Numbered from the stretch's first letter, positions 9,336-18,200 are shown. The stretch is DNA of 64,000 nucleotides from Alphaproteobacteria bacterium (GCA_964291285.2 OZ219787.1:1-64000); one strand, 5' to 3'. The notes: generated by a model from the sequence alone, not told the origin. Translations and numbers: made by a program.

Positions 9336-9791
9336 CTACCCGGCAGGGGCTCCGTAGATGACGACATCTGTATGGTCGAGGGAGGCCATGTGGCGGAGGA
9401 TCAGAGCGCGGACGTCGGGCCATGGTAGGCCGCCGAGGCCGCAGCCCAGGGGCGGAATGGCGATGGAACGGATGTCGTGGGCGGCGATGACGCCCGCGAG
9501 GGCCGTGAGGCCGTGGGCCACGTCGTCGAGGCGGCTGGCGTCGCGCCAGTGGCGCTTGGTCGGGAAGTTGACGATGCAGCGGGGCTGCGGCGAGTGGGTG
9601 TCGAAGAGGTGCATGCGGCCGGGGACGAGCTCGCCGGCGCGGCAGGCCTTGGCATAGGAGAAGAAGTTGGCCGGAAACCGCTGCTTGAATTGAAGCGCTA
9701 GGCCCTTGCCCATGACGCCGACGCAGTTGACGGGGTTGACGAGGGCGTCGCAGCCGGAGTCGAAGATATTGCCCTTGGGGAAACGGATCAT
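9336..9791 (-). CDS. Stand-alone macrodomain protein (DarG N-terminal-like ADP-ribosylhydrolase)
   Basis: ALVNPVNCVGVMGKGLALQFKQRFP, VNFPTKRHWR and SIAIPPLGCGLGGLPW motifs; CAGGAG RBS. Confidence 0.88.
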   Translation of the reverse strand: MIRFPKGNIFDSGCDALVNPVNCVGVMGKGLALQFKQRFPANFFSYAKACRAGELVPGRMHLFDTHSPQPRCIVNFPTKRHWRDASRLDDVAHGLTALAGVIAAHDIRSIAIPPLGCGLGGLPWPDVRALILRHMASLDHTDVVIYGAPAG

Positions 9792-9860
9792 GGCGGAGCT
9801 CCTGGAAGGGAATGAACGTAGGAATCCCGGCTTTGCTATCGCTTGCTGACGGTCCGGCAG

Positions 9861-9892
9861 AAAAAAGGCCGGCGCTCCGGAGAACGCCGGCC
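9861..9892 (-). terminator. Rho-independent terminator after ssb copy C
   Basis: GGCCGGCG stem followed by T6 on the minus strand. Confidence 0.75.
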
Positions 9893-9916
9893 GGCTGAAA
9901 GGTTCGACTTTGGAGG

Positions 9917-10363
9917 TTAGCCCTGGAGGCCTTCGTCGTTGATGAGGTCCTCGGCGGGCGGACCGTCGGGCGGCGGCGCGGCCGCCGGGTCGGTGCCCTG
10001 TGGCGCCGCGTCGTCGCGGCGGTCGAGGAAGATGATCTCGCCGCTCGGCGGTATCACGATCTCCGTGGAGTAGTGGTCGTTGCCGTCGCGGTCCGACCAC
10101 TTGCGGGTCTGGAGCCGGCCGGAGGCGAAGATGCGCCGTCCCTTCCTGCCGTGCTGTTCGAGCAGATTGACGAAGAACGGATGGTAGCTCGCGACCCGGT
10201 GCCATTCGGTCCGTTCGCCATACTCTCCGGTGGAGCGGTCCTTGAAGCGCTCGGAGGTCGCGACGGAGAGCGTCGCGACGCGGCCGCCGTTCTGGAACGA
10301 ACGGATTTCGGCATCGCGTCCGAGGTTACCGATGACCTCGGCGCGATTGAGGGATTGTGCCAT
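9917..10363 (-). CDS. ssb: Single-stranded DNA-binding protein, divergent copy C
   Basis: LNRAEVIGNLGRDAEIR...TEWHRV...GRLQTRKWSDRDG; lacks the PF tail. Confidence 0.92.
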   Translation of the reverse strand: MAQSLNRAEVIGNLGRDAEIRSFQNGGRVATLSVATSERFKDRSTGEYGERTEWHRVASYHPFFVNLLEQHGRKGRRIFASGRLQTRKWSDRDGNDHYSTEIVIPPSGEIIFLDRRDDAAPQGTDPAAAPPPDGPPAEDLINDEGLQG

Positions 10364-10506
10364 GGATGTGTGAACTCCCTGGTGCACTGGTTGTCGGGCC
10401 GCAGGGAGATTCTGGACCTTGGGGAGTAGGCAATCAATGGGAACGGAGTGTGCGGTGTCTGACGAATCGGCGGCGAGATCACCTGCAGGTGCAAGGCGGG
10501 GCCCTA

Positions 10507-11358
10507 GGCAGAATCGACATTCATCGCATCCAGAGGATAGCAGAAGCGATGTGTATGAAGGCGAGGAAGTATATTGCTTTTCGGTCGTATCGGGTTGCGA
10601 TGCGGCGGAAGTGTTTGATCTTGTTGAAGTAGCGCTCGATGCGGTTTCGGTGTTTGTAGATTTCGGCGTCATAGCCGATGAGACGCTTTCGCGTTGGATT
10701 GCAGGGGATGACGGCCTCGGCCTCGATGTCGGCGATGCGGTTGCGGATGGCATTGGCGTCGTAAGCAGCGTCGGCGAGCACATGGCGGGGCCGAAACCCC
10801 TCCATCAACGCCAGGGCCTTTGGCGCGTCGCCGGCCTGTCCGGGCGAGAGGATCACGCGGAGCGGTCGTCCGAGAGTGTCGCAGGCGATGTGTATTTTGG
10901 TCGTCAGTCCGCCTCTGGAACGCCCCAGAGCCTGATCCCGGCCCCCCCTTTTCCGGTCGCCGCCTGTTGATGCGCGCGCACGATGGTGCTGTCGAGCATG
11001 AGATAGCCATTGTCGCGATCCGCCGTCAGGGTATCGAACACCCTCTCCCACACGCCCACTTTGGCCCAGCGTGTGAAACGCTTGTGCACCGACTTCCACT
11101 TCCCATAGCGCGGCGGCAGGTCGTGCCAGTGGGCGCCCGAACGAAGCACCCACAGAACCGCGTTGACGAACAACCGGTTGTCTGCTCCCGAACGCCCCGG
11201 ATCGCCCGGCTTGCCCAGAAGCAGACCTTCGATGCGGACCCACTGCGCATCCGTCAGCTCATAGCGCTTCACCATACGCCCAACTCCAACCGAAAATCAG
11301 TTGGAGCGTCATGAATCACATAATGTCTTCCCAGGGAATCCTGTATGTCGATTGAACC
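10507..11358 (-). mobile_element. IS5-family (IS427-group-like) element, 852 bp, copy 1
   Basis: IRs GGCAGAATCGACAT / GGTTCAATCGACAT, TA duplication; orfA 10904-11275 and orfB to 10521 joined by a -1 frameshift at AAAAGGGGGGG. Confidence 0.93.
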
Positions 11359-11630
11359 TAGTGGACCTGGCTGGGGTCCAGGTCATGGAGCTGGTCTGCC
11401 GCGCGGGCCTGTGCGGCGATGCGTCGAGCGTCTTCGCGTGTCTGGCCGAGAGGGGCGTTGAAGCGGTCGCAGAGCTCGAGCGCGTCGGCCATGTTCGTGG
11501 CGTGGAGGTCGGTCGGGATGTAGCCGGGGACACCGTCGATGGTGATGACGACCTGGATGAGGTCGGGCGTGTCCGTCGGTTCGGGAACGAATGCGTAGGT
11601 GATTTCGGGCGGAAGGCCGTGGAAGGGCAT
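11358..11630 (-). CDS. Hypothetical protein (90 aa)
   Basis: AGGGAG RBS, MPFHGLPPEITYAFVP...; IS5 sits in its TAG stop. Confidence 0.65.
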   Translation of the reverse strand: MPFHGLPPEITYAFVPEPTDTPDLIQVVITIDGVPGYIPTDLHATNMADALELCDRFNAPLGQTREDARRIAAQARAADQLHDLDPSQVH

Positions 11631-11695
11631 GGCTGTCTCCCTGTGGGAAGGGCGGTGACTATAGTGCCGGCCCGGAGTGGGGAGAATCCCCGAGC

Positions 11696-12087
11696 TTACG
11701 CAGGACCGGGCCGGCGCCCGATCGGGTGGAGGAAGGCCATGGCGTGCGCCGCGGCCTCGCGGAGTTCGCGCGGCGTTGCGAACGGGCCGCGAAGCTGCCA
11801 TTCCGGCTCGCGGTGGTCGCGGCGGGTGAGCCACCAATGTCCGTTGTAGGCTGCGTCCACACTGCAACGCTGGTCGACGAACAGGGTTTCGAGTGTCCGC
11901 TTCGTGGGGTTGTCGTGCAGGTATTCGCCGCGTTCGGCGTGATCGACGATCGCGCGAAGGTGCGGTCGCATTCTCGCCCAGGGCGTGGCGTCCAGCAATA
12001 CGGTGAGGCGGTTCGGAGTGCGGCCCTTCCAGTCGCTGGACGGGCGCCACATGCGGCCATCGAAGTGGAGCGGACCGCAGGGCGTCA
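11696..12087 (-). pseudogene. 5'-truncated hypothetical gene cut by the IS1-family element
   Basis: Open frame (...TPCGPLHFDGRMWRPSSDWKG...) runs directly into the left inverted repeat. Confidence 0.6.
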
Positions 12088-12185
12088 GGTAGTGTCTCAC
12101 TTTGACTTTGTGAGGCCAAATCGACCCTGTTCGCATCGTCCCCAAGCGGTGATACCATCGCCGCGTCTGGCAAGGAGGAACGACG

Positions 12186-12425
12186 ATGCCCACAGGACCG
12201 CAGGGGCAGAAGCGCCCGGCTGACGTGATCAGCAATGCCGTGCATGTCTGCAAGATCGCAGTCGGCGACATCGAGGAAACCCTTGAGGAGCAGCCCCGGC
12301 AGCCGAACAAGGCCAAGGGCGGCCGCGCCGGAGGAAAAGCCCGCGCGCGCGCGATGACGCCCGAACGGCGCAAGGAGATCGCCCAGGCCGCGGCGGCAGC
12401 GCGGTGGGCCGATGCCAAAGCGTAG
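12186..12425 (+). CDS. Small basic protein at the left end of the element
   Basis: AAGGAGG RBS; KRPADVISNAVHVCKIAVG...GGRAGGKARARAMTPERRKEIAQAAAAARW. Confidence 0.8.
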   Translation: MPTGPQGQKRPADVISNAVHVCKIAVGDIEETLEEQPRQPNKAKGGRAGGKARARAMTPERRKEIAQAAAAARWADAKA

Positions 12426-13704
12426 TACCCCCCCCCCAGGGAGTCCGAATTGGGCTAACCAGACAGTCTGGACCGGCGACAATCTGAACATCATGCGAGG
12501 CATGAACAGTGCCTCGGTTGACCTCATCTATCTCGACCCGCCTTTCAACTCGCAAGCCAACTACGCCGCGCCCATCGGCAGCAAGGCCGCCGGGGCTGCG
12601 TTCAAGGATACCTGGACGCTGACGGACGTGGACGCCGAGTGGATCAACCTCATCGAGGCGAAGCACCCGGCCCTGTATCGCGTTCTGCTCGCCGCCATGA
12701 CGGCAAGCGACAAGGCGTATCTGGTCTATATGGCGGCGCGGCTGCTGGAGATGCACCGCCTGCTGAAGCCGAGCGGCACCATCTACCTGCACTGCAATCA
12801 ATTCGCGTCTCACTACCTGAAGCTGGTGATGGACGCAATTTTCGGGCGCGGGAACTTCATCAACGAAATCGTGTGGAACTACGGCACCCCGTCCGGGGGG
12901 CGCGTCGGCGGCAAGAAGCCCGTGAAGGTGCATGACTGTCTTCTGGCCTATGCCTCGGAATACGGGAAGCACTTCTACGCGCGGCAATACACGCCCTATA
13001 CGGACAGGTATCTGCGCTGGTTCCGGCACAAGGATGAAAAGGGCAGGCCCTACCGCACCCGACAGCGGGCCGGAGGGATCGTCCGCCAATACCTCGACGA
13101 AAGCCCTGGTATGCCGCTCTCGACGGTCTGGTCGGACATCATGCAGCTTTCCAGCCGCCGGGGATGGTTCCCGACGACCAAGGGCAAGGAAGAGACCGGA
13201 TACCCGACACAGAAGCCGCTGGCGCTTCTTCGCCGAATCATCCTTTCGTCATGCCCGGCCGACGGCATGATCCTCGACCCGTTCTGCGGCTGCGCAACAA
13301 CGTGCGTTGCGGCACAAGACGCGGGGCGGCAATGGGTGGGGATCGACATATCCCCGAAGGCTGCCGAGCTTGTCCAGACTCGGATGCGTGACGAGCTGGG
13401 CATGTTCTTCAAGGGCACGGTCCGCACCGATCTGCCGGAGCGCACGGACCTAGTCCCGCTGCTTCCGTACAACCACCCGAACAACAAGCGTCACCTTTAC
13501 GGCGAACAGGCGGGATACTGCCGAGGCTGCCAGCATCACTTTGAGCTTCGGCACTTTCATGTGGACCATATCATTGCGCGGGCCAAGGGCGGGACCGACC
13601 ACATCAGCAACCTCCAACTCCTCTGCGGCGCCTGCAACGCCGTGAAGGGCGACCGGGGGATGGAGTATCTGCGGGCCAAGCTCCAGCTCCCCATGGCAGC
13701 ATAA
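12412..13704 (+). CDS. N4/N6 DNA methyltransferase (beta class) fused to a C-terminal HNH endonuclease
   Basis: LIYLDPPF (motif IV), YPTQKP, LDPFCGCAT (motif I); CRGC...HVDHIIARAKGGTDHISNLQLLCGACNAVKG HNH. Confidence 0.92.
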   Translation: MPKRSTPPPGSPNWANQTVWTGDNLNIMRGMNSASVDLIYLDPPFNSQANYAAPIGSKAAGAAFKDTWTLTDVDAEWINLIEAKHPALYRVLLAAMTASDKAYLVYMAARLLEMHRLLKPSGTIYLHCNQFASHYLKLVMDAIFGRGNFINEIVWNYGTPSGGRVGGKKPVKVHDCLLAYASEYGKHFYARQYTPYTDRYLRWFRHKDEKGRPYRTRQRAGGIVRQYLDESPGMPLSTVWSDIMQLSSRRGWFPTTKGKEETGYPTQKPLALLRRIILSSCPADGMILDPFCGCATTCVAAQDAGRQWVGIDISPKAAELVQTRMRDELGMFFKGTVRTDLPERTDLVPLLPYNHPNNKRHLYGEQAGYCRGCQHHFELRHFHVDHIIARAKGGTDHISNLQLLCGACNAVKGDRGMEYLRAKLQLPMAA

Positions 13705-13758
13705 AGATAAAATGACATTGTGCTTGACAGTGTGCAATCGTCCTTTATCTTCAACGCC
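13704..13758 (+). promoter_or_regulatory. Sigma70 promoter of the transposase inside an imperfect palindrome
   Basis: TTGACA (13724) - 16 bp - TATCTT (13746); flanking IR AAGATAAA...TTTATCTT; ATG 7 bp after the -10. Confidence 0.6.
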
Positions 13759-14670
13759 ATGAACAAGCTCTCAACCGCCAAGCGCGCTCACATCCTCCAC
13801 ATGCTCGTCGAGGGTGTGTCGATGCGGGCCATCACGCGGATCGCGGATGTCTCGATCAACACCGTCTCCAAGCTGCTCGTGGACGCGGGCCATGCCTGCG
13901 CCATGCACCACGACCAGGCAGTCCGGGAGGTTCACGCCCGCCACGTCCAGTGCGACGAGATATGGGCCTTCTGCTACGCCAAGAAGAAGAACGTCCCCTT
14001 CGCCCTGAAACCTCCCCCAGGCGCGGGCGACCTCTGGACATGGACCGCTCTCGACAGCGACTCGAAGATAATCCTGTCCTACCGGTTCGGCACCCGCGAA
14101 GCCGACGTTGCCCTCGACCTCATGGACGATCTGCGCTCGCGGCTGGTGAACCGGGTGCAACTGACCACGGATGGCCATGCCGCCTATCTGGAAGCCGTCG
14201 AGGGCGCGTTCGGGGGCGACGTGGACTATGCCCAGCTCGTGAAGCTCTACGGCGTGCTGGAAGCGGGCAAGGAGGCGTCCAAACGCTACTCGCCTTCGGA
14301 GTGCGTCGGCATCATCAAGAAGACGGTCGAGGGCTGGCCCGAGCCGGAGAAGATCAGCACGTCACACGTCGAGCGCCACAACCTCACCATGCGGATGGGG
14401 ATGCGCCGGTTCACGCGGCTCACCAACGCCTTCTCCAAGAAGGTCGAGAACCATATCCACATGAGCTCGCTGTTCTTCTGCTTCTACAACTTCGTGCGGG
14501 TCCACAAGACGCTCAGGGTGACGCCCGCCATGGCCGCCGGCGTGGACAGGAGCCTGCACGACATGGAGTGGATCGTCGGCCTCATCGACGCCGCCGCGCC
14601 GCCACCGAAGAAGCCTGGTCCGGCGAAGGGGACACGCTACCGCACCCGCAACAATCCCTGCGGCGCATGA
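13759..14670 (+). CDS. IS1-family DDE transposase
   Basis: N-terminal HTH (GVSMRAITRIADVSINTV), QCDEIWAF, TTDG, STSHVERHNLTMRMGMRRFTRLTNAFSKK. Confidence 0.9.
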   Translation: MNKLSTAKRAHILHMLVEGVSMRAITRIADVSINTVSKLLVDAGHACAMHHDQAVREVHARHVQCDEIWAFCYAKKKNVPFALKPPPGAGDLWTWTALDSDSKIILSYRFGTREADVALDLMDDLRSRLVNRVQLTTDGHAAYLEAVEGAFGGDVDYAQLVKLYGVLEAGKEASKRYSPSECVGIIKKTVEGWPEPEKISTSHVERHNLTMRMGMRRFTRLTNAFSKKVENHIHMSSLFFCFYNFVRVHKTLRVTPAMAAGVDRSLHDMEWIVGLIDAAAPPPKKPGPAKGTRYRTRNNPCGA

Positions 14671-14894
14671 CAACCCTCATCGTCATCGTGGGCGGCGCGG
14701 TGCTGCTCGGCCTCCTGGGCATGGTCGCTGGACGCAATGCCCCGAGGCCGGAGCAGCGGCCGGACCCCGGCCCGCGCTGCACGGCCCCAGGCCCGTATGG
14801 CGAGATGCCCTGCGGTGCGAGGGCGACCCACACGGTGAACGGCGAGCCGCGCTGCCGACGGCACCGGAACACGAGGGAGACCTACCGTGGATGA
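14667..14894 (+). CDS. Small membrane-anchored protein with a Cys/His motif
   Basis: ATGA overlap with the transposase stop; TM helix then C-x10-C-x13-C-x2-H. Confidence 0.6.
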   Translation: MTTLIVIVGGAVLLGLLGMVAGRNAPRPEQRPDPGPRCTAPGPYGEMPCGARATHTVNGEPRCRRHRNTRETYRG

Positions 14895-15168
14895 GGACAC
14901 CCGGAAGATCGTCGAGATGGCCTACGACGGCACCGCCGAGACCGCGTTCATCTTCGAGTTGGCGCAAGCTCTTCGAGAACTCGCCCAAATCCGTGGCTGT
15001 GCAACTCTCGCAGCAGATCTTCTGTCACGCCTGACCGAAGCATCACTTCCCTCAACGTTGTCCGAGGACGAAAAAGCACGGCTCCGCACGATGCGCAAAC
15101 TTCTGATTTCAGCCGTAGGGAGCCTCCTGCATCAGGAGATGTTCGGTAACGATCCGACGATTCAGTAG
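14887..15168 (+). CDS. Hypothetical protein (an antisense alternative exists at 14948-15172)
   Basis: GAGGGAG RBS and overlap with the upstream ORF; competing minus-strand ORF has a GGAGG RBS and CxxC. Confidence 0.45.
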   Translation: MDEDTRKIVEMAYDGTAETAFIFELAQALRELAQIRGCATLAADLLSRLTEASLPSTLSEDEKARLRTMRKLLISAVGSLLHQEMFGNDPTIQ

Positions 15169-15226
15169 CCATGGGAACCTCCATCTGGCTTGTGATCGCC
15201 CAGTAAAGTCAAAGTGAGACACTACC

Positions 15227-18200
15227 GGCCAGCAAGCCTCTGAACCTCACGGCGACGCGGGGCAGCGGGGACCAGTACACGCTCGACTGGGATGCGCCGT
15301 CGAACAGCGGCAGCACCATCACCGGCTACCAGGTGCGGTACCGCGAGCGCGGCACAGGTCCGTGGACCGAGTTTAACAATCTCGTCACCACGGTCCCCCG
15401 CACCACCACGTCCCCGGCATTCTCGGGCAAGGCCTGGGAATTCCAGGTGGCGGCGGTCAACTCGGAGGGGACCGGCGCCTACTCGGACACCGCCATCCTG
15501 CCCGGTCCGCCGGGCGCGCCGGGAAATTTCCGGGTTACCGACATATCCAACCAGAACCAGGACGTGCTGGCGTGGGACGTTCCGTCCGACAACGGTGGCG
15601 GCCAGATCACGGGTTACAAGCTGGAGCGCCGTCAGATCGGTCAGACAGCCTGGGAGACGGCTGTGGACAAGGGTGCGACGCAGCGGACCCACAACTACGG
15701 CAAGGCGTCGTGGGGCGTCGGCTACGACTACCGTGTGCGGGCGGTGAACAGCGCCGGCGAGGGCGCCAACTCCAACGTGATAAAGGTCGGCGGCCGGCCG
15801 ACGTTGAAGTCCGGCGCCGCCGGGACGCCCACGGCCACGCCGGCCACCGACCGCGTCGCGGTGACCCTCGACTGGTCCGGCACGCTCGACCAGAACGGCG
15901 GCAAGGCCATCAGCGAATGGCGCTACCGGTACAAGCCGTCCAGCAGCAGCGCGTGGTCACAGGTCAACAACATTGCCCCCGGCACGACCAGCGTGACCGT
16001 CGAGGGCCCGCCTCTGCTCCCCGGCATCGCCTACGACTTCGACGTGATCGCGTGCAACGAGGACCGCTGCAGCTTCACCAGCCCCGACGCCACAGGCGCC
16101 ATGACGCTCGACCAGGCCACCGCATCGATCGCCAACGCGGCGGCGGACGAGGGCGACGCCATTACCTTCACAGTCACCCTCTCTTCGGCGCGCACCTCGA
16201 ACGTGACGCTCAACTGGGCGACCTCGAACGGCAGCGCCACGGCGCCCGCCGACTACACGGCGACGGCGAGCGGCTCGGTGACGATTCCGGCGGGGCAGAC
16301 CAGCCGGACCTTCATGGTCCAGACCGCCCCGGACGCGCTCGACGAGGACGACGAGACCTTCACGGTGACGCTGAGCGCGCCCTCGGACGGGCTGCCGGCG
16401 AGCGTGTTGCTGGCCCAGGACCCCACCGCCACCGGCACCATCACCGACGACGACGCCCCGCCGGTGCTGTCGATTACCTCGCCCAGCGTGAACGAGGGCG
16501 ACAGCGGCACCACGGCGATGACGTTCGAGTTGACGCTGGACGCCCCGAGCGGGCGCGAGGTGGCGGTGGGTGTCGACTTCGCAAGAGAGGACTCCACGGC
16601 TACGGAGGTCGTCGACTATTTGTGGTTTGTAGGGCACTCGGTGACCTTCATGCCGGGCGAGACCGCCAAGACCTACAACGTGACCGTGAACGGGGACACA
16701 ACTGTCGAGGAGGACGAGACCGTCGTGGTGCAGTTCAGCATCACAAAAGCGGTATTCGACCCCAGCCTAAATGCAGATACCGAAACCGTCATGGGCCTCG
16801 CGTTCGCCGACGTTACCGGCACCATCCTCAACGACGACACCGCGCCCACGACCATCGCGCTGAGCGTCAGTCCGACGAGCATCAACGAGGGCGATACCGC
16901 GACCGGGGTCACGCTCACCGCGTCCTTCCCGCCGGGCAGCGGCACCCTGGCCACCGCCACCGACCTGGTATTCACCGGCGCCGGCACCGCGACGCCTGCC
17001 GACGACTATGCGTTGACCGTCGGCGGCTCCGGCGAACTGACCATACGAATTCCCGCCGGCGCGACCAGCGGTACCAACGCCAACACGGTCACCCTCTCGC
17101 CGGTCAATGACGACGACCCCGAAGGCGACGAGACCATCGTATTCAGCGTCGCCACGCCGCCGTCCGGCTTCACGTCGGTCAGCCCGGCCACGTTCACCAT
17201 CGTGGACGACGACCAGTCGGCGAGGGTCTCCACCACCCACCCGTCACCCCTGACGGAGGCCGGGCTGGACGGGGCGCGGCTGACCGTGGACCTCGTGGGG
17301 ACGGAATACATCTCCTCGCTGGCGCCGGGCGATTTCGGCCTCCTGCCGCAAGGCACCGCCGGGCTGTCCGTCGCCTCGGTCGACCGGCGGAGCAACACGC
17401 GTGCGGTCGTGACCCTGGCCTTCACCGGCAATTTCGCCGCGGACCTCGACTTGCAGGTCGCGGTGGGCGGCTCGGCGCACACGGCGGCGAGCACGTCGCT
17501 GACCACGGCCGCGGTCACGGTCACGCAGGCGCCGAAGCCGGGGCAGGTGACGAACGTGGCGGCCACGGGCGGGCCGGGCAGCCTGGCGGTGACCTGGCGG
17601 GCCGCCTCCAACGCCGACGGCTACACCGTGTCCTGGTGGCCGACCGCATCCCCCGGCGACGTTGAGAGCCGGCGGGTGGCCGGCGGCTCGATCACACGCA
17701 CGGACATAGGCGGGCTGGCGGGCGAGACCGGCTATTCGGCGCGGGTCGTGGCGAACAGCAACCATGCCCCGGACGGCCCCCCGTCGAACACCGCCTCGGC
17801 GATCACAGAGCCGTCAGACGCCATCGTCTCCGGCACCGACCCCGCGCCGCTGACGGAAGCGAACCTGGACGGCGCAAAGCTTGTCGTGGAGTTCCTGGAC
17901 CAGCCCTATCTCGCCTGGTGGCGCACCCTGCAGGTCGGCCAGTTCACCGCGAGCGGCGTCCCCGGCGTGCGGGTCAGCGCCGTCGAGCGCCTGTCGGACC
18001 GGCAGGCGCGGCTGACGCTGGCCTACGACGACACCGACTTCGACACGGACCGGAGGCTGCGGATCGCCATCGACGGGCTGGCGTTCAACTCCGGGAACGA
18101 CATCAGCGCCGCGACCGACGTGCGGGCGGTGGTGGAAGCGCCGCCGGCGCGGGTGCGGAACGTGCGGGCGACCGCCGGCACGCAGCGGGTCCGGGTGCAG

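Larger units (their letters stand above)
12088..15226 (+). mobile_element. IS1-family cargo transposon (3139 bp)
   Basis: Perfect 22-bp TIRs GGTAGTGTCTCACTTTGACTTT / AAAGTCAAAGTGAGACACTACC enclosing an IS1-type transposase and passenger genes; no TSD. Confidence 0.88.

Noticed and set aside
9336-10783. ORF-track calls of 289 aa and 288 aa suggesting fusions
   Set aside because: These are upstream extensions through ssb or IS5 DNA; the real starts with RBSs are at 9791 and 10363.
11358-12527. 389-aa minus-strand ORF crossing the IS1 left end
   Set aside because: Chimeric read-through; only the last 90 codons have an RBS and look like protein.
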